From an uncultured Candidatus Saccharibacteria bacterium (GTDB lineage: Bacteria > Patescibacteriota > Minisyncoccia > Phycocordibacterales > EsbW-18), in contig CAZFMQ010000003.1 in NCBI GenBank assembly GCA_964520295.1, forward strand, positions 1,060-65,059: a DNA stretch of 64,000 nt. Direction: 5' to 3'. Positions 1 to 9,895 of the stretch are shown piece after piece. Within the stretch, counting starts at the first letter, position 1. Every line of letters begins with the position of its first letter. The translations under genes and the position numbers were made by a program. Below the pieces are notes generated by a model that did not search any database, was not told the DNA's origin, and was given only the letters and a program-made list of their open reading frames with translations.

Positions 1-873
1 GTTCGCCGCTGTCAAAATTGTTTGCGTAGAGCGATAGTTTTCTTCCAAGGTCACCGTTGTGGTGTTTTTAAAATCTTCTTCAAAGCGAGAGAGATTGCGC
101 ATGTCAGCACTGCGCCATGTGTAAATACATTGGTCATGATCACCGACCACACAAATGTTGCTATGCGCGCCCGCAAGTAATCGCGTCAGTTCGTACTGCA
201 CCGTGTTGGTGTCTTGATACTCATCCACATGAATGTGCGACCAATGATGCTGATAGTATTGCAAAACATCTGCATTATTTTTTAACAACGAGAGTGTTAC
301 CAACAACAGATCGTCAAAATCAAATGCTTTTTCGCGTGCAAGTGCATCTGCATAGCGCTCCCACACAAGCACTGCACTCTGTTCAAAAGGAGAGCGGACG
401 TTCGTACGCACTTCATCAGGTGCACGCCCCTCATTTTTGTTGCGAGAAATAAATGAAAGAAATGACGATGGTGTGTATTGTTTTGGATCAACGCCAATAT
501 CCTTGAGAATGCGCTTGACGGTTGCGAGCGAATCGTCCCTGTCAAAAATAGAGAAGTGTCGCGGAATACGGAGGCGCTCATGATTATCACGCAAAATCTT
601 TACACCAAGTGCATGGAATGTGCCGATAAAAGGAGACGGTTGTCCAAACGGTAATATTTTTTCAAGGCGTTCACGCATTTCACCTGCCGCTTTGTTCGTA
701 AAGGTGATAGCCAAAATTTTCTCCGGCAGTATGCCCGCATCAATAAGATTGGCAATGCGGCGCGTAATAACACGGGTTTTTCCGGTACCTGCGCCTGCGA
801 TGATAAGTAGGGGACCATCATGATGGGATACGGCGCGCTGCTGTGCGGGATTGAGATCATTGAGTGAAGACAT
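1..873 (-). CDS. pcrA: UvrD/PcrA-family ATP-dependent DNA helicase, N-terminal about 290 aa; the gene runs off the window edge
   Basis: Reverse-strand translation from ATG at 873 gives MSSLNDLNPAQQRAVSHHDGPLLIIAGAGTGKTRVITRRIANLI... It contains Walker A GAGTGKT, motif II DEYQDTN and motif III VGDHDQCIYTWR. This ORF is absent from the track because it has no in-window stop. The track ORFs 600..953(-) and 620..823(+) are out-of-frame overlaps of it. Confidence 0.8.
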   Translation of the reverse strand, partial: MSSLNDLNPAQQRAVSHHDGPLLIIAGAGTGKTRVITRRIANLIDAGILPEKILAITFTNKAAGEMRERLEKILPFGQPSPFIGTFHALGVKILRDNHERLRIPRHFSIFDRDDSLATVKRILKDIGVDPKQYTPSSFLSFISRNKNEGRAPDEVRTNVRSPFEQSAVLVWERYADALAREKAFDFDDLLLVTLSLLKNNADVLQYYQHHWSHIHVDEYQDTNTVQYELTRLLAGAHSNICVVGDHDQCIYTWRSADMRNLSRFEEDFKNTTTVTLEENYRSTQTILTAAN

Positions 874-943
874 CGTGCGTGCATCATACCACGCTTAGTA
901 ACCGAACCACTCGATACACTGCACGGTCTGGTATGATTGCCGT

Positions 944-1741
944 ATGTCTGCAAAAAAACACCTCGGACAAAATTTTCTCAAATCAAAAGCCGCCATTGCA
1001 CGTATGGTTGAAGCTGGTGCGGTACATGCCAACGATATCGTGCTTGAAATAGGTCCGGGGAAGGGCGCGCTGACAAAAGCACTGTTAGCTACAGGAGCAC
1101 ACGTTGTTGCTGTTGAAAAAGATGTCGATCTCATACCGCTTTTGCAAGAAAAGTTTGCACACGAAATTGCCACACAACAACTAGAACTTATTGAAGGTGA
1201 TGTACTCTCGTTTGATCCTGCACGGCACGCAACAACCACACACGGCTACAAACTCATTGCAAACATTCCGTACTACATCACTGGGGAACTTTTGGAATAC
1301 TTTTTAGCACACACCCACCAACCAGAGCGTGCTGTGCTCTTAGTACAAAAAGAAGTTGCCCAACGCATTGTCGCACGCGATGAGCGCGAAAGTATTCTCT
1401 CATTGTCGGTGAAAGTATTTGGCACACCCAAACTCGTTATGACGGTGTCAAAAAAATATTTCTCTCCTGCGCCTAAAGTCGATTCTGCAATTTTATGCAT
1501 CACCGATATATCACGAGAAAATTTTGCACACATACACGAACGTGATTTTTTCACGATTGTAAAAGCGGGATTTGCACACAAACGAAAAGTGCTCTCCTCA
1601 AATCTCTCACACCTTTTCACAAAAGAAGCATTGGAACACTTTTTAAAAACGCACGGACACGATGTACGTGTCCGTGCGGAAGAACTTTCACTTTCAGATT
1701 GGCTCGCACTTAGTACAATGTTGAACCAACATTCAAAATAG
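944..1741 (+). CDS. rsmA: 16S rRNA (adenine1518/1519-N6)-dimethyltransferase RsmA/KsgA
   Basis: Begins MSAKKHLGQNFL with a SAM-binding LEIGPGKGALT motif. Length 265 aa is typical for the family. Confidence 0.9.
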   Translation: MSAKKHLGQNFLKSKAAIARMVEAGAVHANDIVLEIGPGKGALTKALLATGAHVVAVEKDVDLIPLLQEKFAHEIATQQLELIEGDVLSFDPARHATTTHGYKLIANIPYYITGELLEYFLAHTHQPERAVLLVQKEVAQRIVARDERESILSLSVKVFGTPKLVMTVSKKYFSPAPKVDSAILCITDISRENFAHIHERDFFTIVKAGFAHKRKVLSSNLSHLFTKEALEHFLKTHGHDVRVRAEELSLSDWLALSTMLNQHSK

Positions 1742-2183
1742 CTCCTTGTGCCTGACCATAATAAGTGCATGGTGGAGTCCCTGTAAATGCCCAACAAGGA
1801 TAGCCGCCCGGAAAATAATTTCCCAACAAGGTGTGCTCACCCGTCCAAAATACTCCACACCACAAATATGCAGTAGGTACCGGCACCTCTTCAGGTAAAA
1901 ATTCAGACAACAAGTCGGCGGCCCACACATACAACAGATTCATCTCTTGTTGTCCCTGTCGGCGCATTGCTGGTGTCGGTGATATCGTCACCATAATAGA
2001 ACCTGAGCATACACAGTTATATACAATATATGTTGGATATCCCGCAAAGGGAATAAATAACTGCGCGTTAGATTCTTTAGGTTGTACAAACCACACAGAA
2101 GCTGCGACCGCCACCCCCGCACACATCACCAACATTGCAACCGCTCCCTCTTTGTATTTTTTTATGAATGTATGTACAAACAT
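1710..2183 (-). CDS. hypothetical small exported or membrane protein
   Basis: Has an N-terminal hydrophobic segment VAMLVMCAGVAVAASVWFV. It lies downstream of the PG-binding gene on the same strand and overlaps the 3' end of rsmA convergently. No homology recognised. Confidence 0.3.
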   Translation of the reverse strand: MFVHTFIKKYKEGAVAMLVMCAGVAVAASVWFVQPKESNAQLFIPFAGYPTYIVYNCVCSGSIMVTISPTPAMRRQGQQEMNLLYVWAADLLSEFLPEEVPVPTAYLWCGVFWTGEHTLLGNYFPGGYPCWAFTGTPPCTYYGQAQGAILNVGSTLY

Positions 2184-2189
2184 TTGATT

Positions 2190-2981
2190 CTAAAAGATAT
2201 CACCGCTGAATAAGAGATCGAACAAAATATCTATACAACCACCACCGCCATCACCACTACTACCACCAGAACTTTGTTGTTTGCGAGTTTTACACTCGTA
2301 ATCGTCATCCGCACACGCACCTGTTCCGGGACCATTTGGATTATCACCATCTGGGTCTTGTTCTTGTGGATTTTGTTCCCGCTGAGCTGGTTGATACTCC
2401 ATTCCTTGGCTGGCAAACATCATTGTACGAGAAAATTCCTCAATGACATCTTCGGTAATCTGCCCGCCCCCCGCAAAATCCTTCAATTGTTCAACGAGTT
2501 CTGTCCTTGTAGAGGGGATTATATCTTTTATTGGCTCTGCTGAGGCGTATTTTGATTCTTGAGCTTTTTGAAAATCATCGAGATTTTCATCTACACCTTC
2601 AGGATCATTAGAAATCACTGTGGTTAAGCCGTGTACAGCACTTTTTGCCATCATAAAGCCCCTTGTGCCCGCTCCAAAGAAGCCGGTACCCATAAAAAGC
2701 CCTAATGGAGTCAGTATTTCGGCACGGTAGAGCTCTTGATACCGTCGTACTGCATCAGCGGTAAGTGCACCATAGTATGTGGTCTCAAAACCGCTTGCGC
2801 CGTCACCTGCAACGGCAACGCGCGTACGTGTGTCAGCGTTGAGCACCTTTTGCAGCTCACGCACATCCTCGCCCACAGAACCAACGGAAAGGTCGCGTGA
2901 AAATGAATATGCAAAAACTGAAGAAACACACACAAACGAAAGAAAAGATATACACAGAAATCTGAAAAAAGAAGTGCGCAT
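2190..2981 (-). CDS. secreted protein with a peptidoglycan-binding (PG_binding_1-like) domain and a G/D-rich acidic C-terminus
   Basis: Signal peptide MRTSFFRFLCISFLSFVCVSSVFA. The likely start is the ATG at 2981 rather than the track start at 3056. Carries a PG-binding-like motif GSVGEDVRELQKVLNADTRTRVAVAGDGASGFETTYYGALTADAVRRYQ. Confidence 0.55.
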   Translation of the reverse strand: MRTSFFRFLCISFLSFVCVSSVFAYSFSRDLSVGSVGEDVRELQKVLNADTRTRVAVAGDGASGFETTYYGALTADAVRRYQELYRAEILTPLGLFMGTGFFGAGTRGFMMAKSAVHGLTTVISNDPEGVDENLDDFQKAQESKYASAEPIKDIIPSTRTELVEQLKDFAGGGQITEDVIEEFSRTMMFASQGMEYQPAQREQNPQEQDPDGDNPNGPGTGACADDDYECKTRKQQSSGGSSGDGGGGCIDILFDLLFSGDIF

Positions 2982-3041
2982 GTATACAGTATAACGTAAA
3001 ATGGAAGCAACGTATTCTGCACCTGTGCAGAACGGGGTTGT

Positions 3042-4019
3042 ATGGATTTCACTCACGTTAAACCAAGCAAGAAAATCGTCGCACTCGGCATCATTGTGGG
3101 GGCAATTGTCATCGCAGTACTAGTCGGCAAGATTCAGTCCACACACATGGGCACTACACCGGTATTTACCGCCACTGCTCGTGAGCAGGTAGAAGAAACG
3201 GACACTGATGGTGATGGTTTGCCCGACTGGCAAGAAAAGTTGTGGGGGATGAGCGCTCACAATGCCGATTCAGATGGTGATGGGATCAATGATGCTGAAG
3301 AAGTAGCACGCACCCAGCAACAACAAATTGCCGACCGACAAACATTTGCCGACATCATTGATCCAACAACCAATCCTGAATGGAATTCAATGTCATACAC
3401 CGGACAAGTGAGCGGTTTAGTACTTTCTGACTACCTCACACTCAAACAGAGTGGAAAAACAATAACAGAGAATGACGTCATCGCGCTCATTGAAAATCTC
3501 CCGAGCTACGAGCAACCGGAGCGACCGCAGGCACGCCTCTATACGCGTGCAGACATCACCACCACAAATGAAACGGGTGATGGGGCATTGCGTGCGTACG
3601 GCAATAGTGTTGGCGCTGCACTCAAGCAAGGTGGTACTGCAAAAAATGAACTCTCTGTACTTGTTGCATTTATGGACAATGGGAATGACGCACAATTTGC
3701 ACAAGATGTACAAACAATCATTGCCCAATACACAAGCACCATACAAGCACTTCTTGTAGTACCGACCCCTCAAGATGTTGTAGAAGAGCACCTTGCAATC
3801 ATAAACGCACTCTCATTGCTCGTCAGCGATTTTCAATCATTTAATAGTTTCGGGAAAGATCCGTTCCTCGCGCTCTCAGTATTTCAATCATACAACAACG
3901 ACACTGCGGGACGCGGAACAGCATTTGATGCATTACGCACTGTTTTACGAAACGCCGACATCCAATACACGCAGACCGACCCGGGATTCATTTTATTTGA
4001 TACCATAACAACATCATGA
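3042..4019 (+). CDS. membrane-anchored protein with thrombospondin-type-3-like Ca-binding repeats
   Basis: N-terminal TM segment IVALGIIVGAIVIAVLV. Two DxDxDG repeats: DTDGDGLPDWQE and DSDGDGINDAEE. Confidence 0.5.
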   Translation: MDFTHVKPSKKIVALGIIVGAIVIAVLVGKIQSTHMGTTPVFTATAREQVEETDTDGDGLPDWQEKLWGMSAHNADSDGDGINDAEEVARTQQQQIADRQTFADIIDPTTNPEWNSMSYTGQVSGLVLSDYLTLKQSGKTITENDVIALIENLPSYEQPERPQARLYTRADITTTNETGDGALRAYGNSVGAALKQGGTAKNELSVLVAFMDNGNDAQFAQDVQTIIAQYTSTIQALLVVPTPQDVVEEHLAIINALSLLVSDFQSFNSFGKDPFLALSVFQSYNNDTAGRGTAFDALRTVLRNADIQYTQTDPGFILFDTITTS

Positions 4020-5791
4020 TTTTTGGTGCCCCAACAACAGTACGCAAGACACTCACCACACTGCTACTCAGTGTAGTCCTGGGTGGTGTCTTCCTGATGG
4101 TTAGTCCGACACCTCTCTATGCACAAACCGCAGAAACGCAAGATCCCTACTACGATGGACCGTCGTTTGATGAATTATTTGAAAAATATGCTGAACGCTG
4201 TGCAAAAGAGGTATTGATTGAGTTAATCATAAGCGCCATTGCATCTATGGCATCGGGCTCAGTGCCCACAAACGATTGGGCGACCAACATGAAAGAGGCG
4301 ATTGGTGACTGTTTTGTATCTGCAACTAAAAACGCACTCCTTGAATTAATTACGGGGCAAGCGGTGGGGTGGGCGCAAAAAGGGTATGGTGGTAATCCAG
4401 GATGGGTATCAAACATTGGTCAGTTTCTCGCCAATGTTGCAGACCAAGCCGCGGGTGCGTACATTGACCAGACAACCGCGGGGGATTTTCTGTGTTCACC
4501 ATTCAGATTGGACATTCAGTTAGCGCTTACGCAATATCACCGCGCAAGCTCTGGGAGAGGATTCGGTGTCGGTCAACAATCAAGCTGTACACTCTCAGGT
4601 ATTACCGACAATATCCAAGGGTTCTTGGATGGGGATTTCTATGCAGGTGGTTGGGATGCATGGATTGAAATGTCTGCAAATCCATACAACACACCATATG
4701 GTTCATACTTAGCACTTTCAGGTGGGTTAGAGCAAGCGGTTAAGGCAAAAAAAAGTGAGGCGGGCACAAAACTCGGTTTTGCTAGTGGCTATCTCAGCAA
4801 AGAAGTTCAACAGTGTTATGGCTATGATGCATCGGGCAACCGCACACCTATTGATGACTCCGAAATTGGGGGTGGTGAATATGAATCTTACGAATGTGAC
4901 GAACCACAGACAGTAACGCCGGGTGCGACCATCAAAGCAAACCTTGAAAGAACATTCGGAGCAAAGCTAGACAGCATCATAGAAGCAGATGAGATTAACG
5001 AAATCATTGATTTAGTGGCAGCATACTTATTGACTGAAGCACTAACGGATGAGGGAGGTCTTTCGGGTTATGATTACGCAGCACAGTTTGACCAGCCACT
5101 TCTTGATGACACGTGGGGAGATACTATTGATGATTTGCCACAAGGTGGAGGGGGTGGCCAGTGTACGCCAACAAGCCCTACACCTGGACGATCTGGTTCA
5201 CCTATCACCCACACACCAAATCCAGTTACAACGGTATTGGGTGCCAACATACCACTTCCATCAGGGAAACAGTGGGGCGCTTATGAAAGTGTTACTGCCA
5301 CGTTTGATGTAACCATTGGCGATTGGGGTAATGAAGGTGATCAATACAATATTTTCTGGCTCAACCGTGGAGGCGAGGCGTGGGGTGGTGGTGCAAACCG
5401 CGTTATAGAGCTAACAGCAGTACGTCGGGGCAACAACAATGTAAATCTCCGTGCAACAACACAAGTAGATAGCTGTGACAAAGGTCAAAAATCAGCAGAA
5501 ATTCCCCTTCAAACTGGGCAGACCTATAGTTTCACCGTTGACTATGAACCAAATGAGGGGCGCGTTACCATCACCGTACATCAAGCAAATGGCAATCAAA
5601 TATTCCGCACAGTACTTGTACCACCTGGGGTGCAGGAAAACCCACCAATAACCTTCCTCTCAAGTACGAATGCAGACAATCAAACAGGCTACTACTTACA
5701 ACTGGGGGCTGCGGGAAGTGTGCAGGGTAATGAGGGGCGCACCGAAGGATGGAGATGGAGTAAAATCAATATTTGGTTCAATCCATTATGA
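4016..5791 (+). CDS. large secreted hypothetical protein (591 aa)
   Basis: Signal peptide with ...LYAQTAE cleavage region. Long ORF with no recognisable catalytic motifs. Overlaps its neighbours by 4 nt, so it is operonic. Confidence 0.55.
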   Translation: MIFGAPTTVRKTLTTLLLSVVLGGVFLMVSPTPLYAQTAETQDPYYDGPSFDELFEKYAERCAKEVLIELIISAIASMASGSVPTNDWATNMKEAIGDCFVSATKNALLELITGQAVGWAQKGYGGNPGWVSNIGQFLANVADQAAGAYIDQTTAGDFLCSPFRLDIQLALTQYHRASSGRGFGVGQQSSCTLSGITDNIQGFLDGDFYAGGWDAWIEMSANPYNTPYGSYLALSGGLEQAVKAKKSEAGTKLGFASGYLSKEVQQCYGYDASGNRTPIDDSEIGGGEYESYECDEPQTVTPGATIKANLERTFGAKLDSIIEADEINEIIDLVAAYLLTEALTDEGGLSGYDYAAQFDQPLLDDTWGDTIDDLPQGGGGGQCTPTSPTPGRSGSPITHTPNPVTTVLGANIPLPSGKQWGAYESVTATFDVTIGDWGNEGDQYNIFWLNRGGEAWGGGANRVIELTAVRRGNNNVNLRATTQVDSCDKGQKSAEIPLQTGQTYSFTVDYEPNEGRVTITVHQANGNQIFRTVLVPPGVQENPPITFLSSTNADNQTGYYLQLGAAGSVQGNEGRTEGWRWSKINIWFNPL

Positions 5792-7869
5792 TCACATGGC
5801 TTAAAAAAAACCTGAAGTACATCATTCCAACAGTGTTTGTGGTGTTGTGTTTTGTGGTGCCACAATATACGGAAGCTGCCTGTTTTTGGCCAACAAAAGA
5901 ATGTATTCAGGGTTCTTTTGAGGAAGGTTTTATAACACTCTTGAATGGTTTTTTATATGTTTTTGGACTCCTACTCTCACTAGCAGGTCTTCTTCTTGAG
6001 GGTGTTATACAACTCACGATTGTAAATGCACGCAATATTATTATGGGGGATGGAACACTTCCAGGGCTCCAATCAATCGATCTCGCATGGCGCACTATTC
6101 GCGACGTCATCAACATCCTCTTTGTGTTTGTATTGCTCTATATCTCCATCAATATCATCCTTGATTCCTGGGGCAATAGTAGCTACAACAAATCACTTAT
6201 TCCAAAAGTGATTATCGCCGCACTCCTCATCAACTTCAGTTTATTTTTCACCAAAGTGGTATTTGATATCTCAAACGTCATCACATTTGAGTTTTATAAA
6301 ACAGCAGCAACACTGCATTCTGCACCAGCAGATCCAACTGATCCAAATTCAATACAGGTGCCCTTGACGGGCATCTCGGCGGCAATAATGGATGGGTTAC
6401 GCATGAGCGAGATTGTAAATGACGAGGGCAAAACAACGGAAACTGCGAAGGGGGTGTCGGGTACGTATGCTCTATTTGCGACCGTTTTGGGCATAATCAC
6501 TATTCTTGTTGCGACGTCTATTTTTATAGTCATGGCGGTCATGCTCCTTGCTCGCTTTATTGTATTTATTGCGTTGATGATTACATCGCCAATCGCATTT
6601 TTAGGCCCATTATTCCCCGCATTAAAGTCACACGCAGATCAATGGCAAAAAGCACTTATTAGTCAAGCAACCTTTGCACCGATCTTTTTCATAATGATAC
6701 TTGTGGTTGTCCTTATTATTTCAGATCCCAGTTTTGAAACAGCGCTACAAGTACAGACAGGCACCGGTGGTACAACTGCCGCAGGATATCTGGGGGGGTT
6801 ACTTAATGTTATCGTTCAATATGCAATCGTTGTTGGTTTATTGATTATCGCATTGGTTGTCTCGAAACAAACCGCAAACCAAACAGGCGATGCATTCAAA
6901 AACCTTGTGGGCAAGATTTCAGGTGGTGCCGCATTTGTGGGACGCAATACTGTTGGTCGCGCAGCAAACCGCGTCGTAAACTCTGCCGCAGTTGGCAACC
7001 TCACCAACAGCAATAATGCCCTGGCAAAAGGGGTGGGGCGCAGTTTGGTCTTTACGGGAGACAAAGTTCGCAGGTCTTCATTTAATGCACTGGGTGGTAA
7101 TCGCGTCGCAAATACACTGGGTGTGGAAACAAAGGAGTACGGTAAGGTAGGCACGCCTGGTGGTTTTGTACAGGCACGTGAGACATGGAATAAGAACCGT
7201 ACAGAGGAGGCCAAAAAGCGTGGTGGGTTGTACGCAGACACTAAAGCTCGAGCTACGCTACGCGATCAAATCAAGAATGCAAAAGATCAGGATGAGAAAC
7301 GAAGGGCACAAGATGCGCTTGCTTTGATGGATGGAAAATTAACACAGGCACAGAAAGATCTCTTAGAATCAAGTAAAAAACTTGACGCGACGCAGCGTGC
7401 AGAAGCTGAAGCAAAACAAAAAGCCATTGATGTTCAAAAGAAACAGACGGAGGAATTGGAGCGTGATATACAATTGGAAACAAATGATGAAAAACGAAAA
7501 CTTCTTGAGAGAAAGAAAGTGATTCTCGAGCGAGAAATCCAACTGGCTGAATCCGATGAAAACCTCAGTGCAGATCAAAAAGATTATCTCAAAAAGAAGA
7601 GTGGGGTTTCTGACATACGAAAAACAATGGAAGGTGCGAATAATCAGGCGGGTCGCGCAATTGGAGAAGAATTTGTAACTAGCCAGTTCCGTGGCAATCG
7701 TGCCGCCGCAGAAGAACTTTTGAAAGGAAAGGATCGGACTGATAAGGAAATAGCGGAGGAGGTGCGACGAGAAATGAAGAAACTTAACCGCAAAGCACGG
7801 ACACAAATAGAAAATGAAGAGCGACTCACAAACCCAAACCAGCCACCTAAACCAAATTTGCCTCAATAA
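5773..7869 (+). CDS. polytopic membrane protein with long charged coiled-coil C-terminus; VirB6/TrbL/PrgH-like by topology only
   Basis: N-terminal signal or TM segment followed by at least 6 hydrophobic helices over about 370 aa. The C-terminal 300 aa are a K/E/R/Q-rich coiled-coil. Sits in a cluster with VirB4 and PrgI-like genes. Confidence 0.45.
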   Translation: MVQSIMITWLKKNLKYIIPTVFVVLCFVVPQYTEAACFWPTKECIQGSFEEGFITLLNGFLYVFGLLLSLAGLLLEGVIQLTIVNARNIIMGDGTLPGLQSIDLAWRTIRDVINILFVFVLLYISINIILDSWGNSSYNKSLIPKVIIAALLINFSLFFTKVVFDISNVITFEFYKTAATLHSAPADPTDPNSIQVPLTGISAAIMDGLRMSEIVNDEGKTTETAKGVSGTYALFATVLGIITILVATSIFIVMAVMLLARFIVFIALMITSPIAFLGPLFPALKSHADQWQKALISQATFAPIFFIMILVVVLIISDPSFETALQVQTGTGGTTAAGYLGGLLNVIVQYAIVVGLLIIALVVSKQTANQTGDAFKNLVGKISGGAAFVGRNTVGRAANRVVNSAAVGNLTNSNNALAKGVGRSLVFTGDKVRRSSFNALGGNRVANTLGVETKEYGKVGTPGGFVQARETWNKNRTEEAKKRGGLYADTKARATLRDQIKNAKDQDEKRRAQDALALMDGKLTQAQKDLLESSKKLDATQRAEAEAKQKAIDVQKKQTEELERDIQLETNDEKRKLLERKKVILEREIQLAESDENLSADQKDYLKKKSGVSDIRKTMEGANNQAGRAIGEEFVTSQFRGNRAAAEELLKGKDRTDKEIAEEVRREMKKLNRKARTQIENEERLTNPNQPPKPNLPQ

Positions 7870-7881
7870 AAAATTTATATC

Positions 7882-8571
7882 ATGCTTTCTGATTCATCAA
7901 AACAAGTAATTCGGGATCGGGTTGCAGCAATGCCTGAGCGCGTGCGCGAGGCATTGGAGCACATTGATACAGCGAAGTATCTCTCGGTTCTCGCAAGCAA
8001 ATACAATCTTCGCACCGATGAGGCACAAACTCTTGAAAATGAAATAATGATTGTGATGCTTGGTTTGGAAAAACCCGAAGCATTTATTCACCACCTCACA
8101 AAAGCGGGTATTTCAAAAGAAACCGCTGCAGGACTTGTGGCGGACGTGAATCGTGATGTGTTTGAAAAAATCAGACATGATTTGATGGAGTTTTTGCAAA
8201 AAACTGGTGCAGGCACTGATGAAGACATTGATATGAGTGAGTCGCCAATCTCTAAACTTGAACGTGAGGAGGCGGAGCAAGAAAAAGCGGAATCGTCTGA
8301 ACCAGCACCTGCAGTCATCATGCCGAAGGTGGAAGAAATCACACCAACGCATACAGAGGCGACACCTCCCGTTGAAAGCGTGGCTCCCACAGAACAAAGT
8401 GCACCAGCATCTGCTTCTGTAGCTTCTACACCCACACAGAACCAATCTCAAACAACGCCAGCACCAACACTTGCAAACGATTTTGCAAAAACACGCATGG
8501 AACAAACAGTACACATGCCCGACGCTAAAAAATATTCTGGCGTAGATCCGTATAGGGAACCAATACAGTAA
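7882..8571 (+). CDS. hypothetical protein with low-complexity P/T/S/A-rich C-terminus
   Basis: 229-aa ORF immediately after the VirB6-like gene. No motif recognised. Confidence 0.45.
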   Translation: MLSDSSKQVIRDRVAAMPERVREALEHIDTAKYLSVLASKYNLRTDEAQTLENEIMIVMLGLEKPEAFIHHLTKAGISKETAAGLVADVNRDVFEKIRHDLMEFLQKTGAGTDEDIDMSESPISKLEREEAEQEKAESSEPAPAVIMPKVEEITPTHTEATPPVESVAPTEQSAPASASVASTPTQNQSQTTPAPTLANDFAKTRMEQTVHMPDAKKYSGVDPYREPIQ

Positions 8572-8645
8572 AGGGGGTGGGGGAAGCGCCAATAGCGCTT
8601 CGGGCGCTCATGCTACATGCTATGTGATTTCTGGTATGTGAACCA

Positions 8646-9101
8646 CTACTGTTGCTGTTCTGAATACAATGAGTCGTGCACATCCAAACTCCACGCGAGA
8701 TCACGAAGCTTACTGTCAGAAAGACGTGGCACCGTCACTGCCGTAGCCGCACCAGTCGTTTCCTGAGCACTACTTGTTGCTTTGCGAGGTTCCTTTTTCC
8801 AAATATACAGTTTCTTAGAGAGGAAAAATTTTAGTGCCGTTTCAAGAAAGCCCACGAACGGGCGGTCGTTTACCTTATAGAAGGCGAGCGCAAAACCGAG
8901 GCCCGCAACACCTGCAATCAGAAGAACGGCAAGTATTTTTGGAATAAAAAACCAAATAACAACAGACAAACCTGCCGCACCCGCAAGATAGATAAACTGT
9001 TTGAACGTCAGCGGTCCAAATACCTTGTCCTCTATATCAATGAATTGTGGTACTTCAAATTTCACGGTAGTAAAAGGTATATACATCATAGCACGTAGCA
9101 C
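8646..9101 (-). CDS. PrgI/VirB3-like small T4SS membrane protein
   Basis: EVPQFIDIEDKVFGPLTFKQFIYLAGAAGLSVVIWFF followed by a second TM, which is the PrgI-family pattern. The call is from memory of the family, not from a search. Confidence 0.55.
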   Translation of the reverse strand: MLRAMMYIPFTTVKFEVPQFIDIEDKVFGPLTFKQFIYLAGAAGLSVVIWFFIPKILAVLLIAGVAGLGFALAFYKVNDRPFVGFLETALKFFLSKKLYIWKKEPRKATSSAQETTGAATAVTVPRLSDSKLRDLAWSLDVHDSLYSEQQQ

Positions 9102-9228
9102 ATAGCAAAAAACACTTAGGGTTCAAACCTTGAATGCTTTAGAGACCGAATCCCCAATTGGGGATTCGGTCTCTTTGTTACACAGTACACGCTACACACT
9201 ATATGTTCCGTGATACAATATACGCTGT

Positions 9229-9888
9229 ATGGCAGCGCCTAAGGCACAAAGTACACAAGCATTTGTTCCTATTAAAGAAATCCGCAGCGGCATCGTCATT
9301 CTCAAAGACGGTTCTATGCGCTCGGTACTCTTGTGCTCCTCACTAAACTTCGCACTCAAATCAGAAGATGAACAGCAGGCAATCATTATGCAGTTCCAAA
9401 ACCTGCTGAACTCGGTGGAATTTCCTATACAAATCATGATTCAGTCGCGCGAGCTGGACATCCGCCCCTACATCGCGCTCCTTGAAGCACAAATAAAAGA
9501 GCAAACCCTTGAACTCATTAAAATACAAACGCGCGAATACATTGAGTTTGTGCGCGGATTTACCGAACAACAGAACATCATGTCTAAGAACTTTTTTGTA
9601 GTAGTACCGTATTCACCCGCGGTTATTTCTGCTGCACAGGGTGGTGTCAAAGGCGCCCTCGGCAACATACTTCCTGGAAAACAAAAAGATAATCCTGAAC
9701 AAAAAATAATTGCATTTGAAGAACACCGCAGCCAGTTAGAACAACGCATCGGCATCGTGTCGCAGAACCTTGCGCGAACCGGTATTCGTGCGGTGCAGTT
9801 GCAAACAGAGGAGTTGGTGGAGTTATACTATAAATTATTCAACCCGGGTGATTCTGAAAAACCAATTGCACTCTCTGCCATCAAATAA
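9229..9888 (+). CDS. VirB4/TrbE-family N-terminal domain fragment; first half of a split VirB4
   Basis: VPIKEIRSGIVILKDGSMRSVLLCSSLNFALKSEDEQQAIIMQFQNLLNSVEFPIQIMIQSR matches the conserved N-terminus of Gram-positive-type VirB4 (TrsE/PrgJ/TcpF). Ends at TAA 9886-9888, 7 nt before the ATG of the next ORF, which is in a different frame. Confidence 0.65.
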   Translation: MAAPKAQSTQAFVPIKEIRSGIVILKDGSMRSVLLCSSLNFALKSEDEQQAIIMQFQNLLNSVEFPIQIMIQSRELDIRPYIALLEAQIKEQTLELIKIQTREYIEFVRGFTEQQNIMSKNFFVVVPYSPAVISAAQGGVKGALGNILPGKQKDNPEQKIIAFEEHRSQLEQRIGIVSQNLARTGIRAVQLQTEELVELYYKLFNPGDSEKPIALSAIK

Positions 9889-9895
9889 CGAACGT

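Noticed and set aside
600-953. Track ORFs 600..953(-), 620..823(+) and 297..590(-) inside the first 900 bp
   Set aside because: They overlap, out of frame or antisense, the clearly homologous UvrD/PcrA helicase N-terminus, which runs off the window edge on the minus strand.
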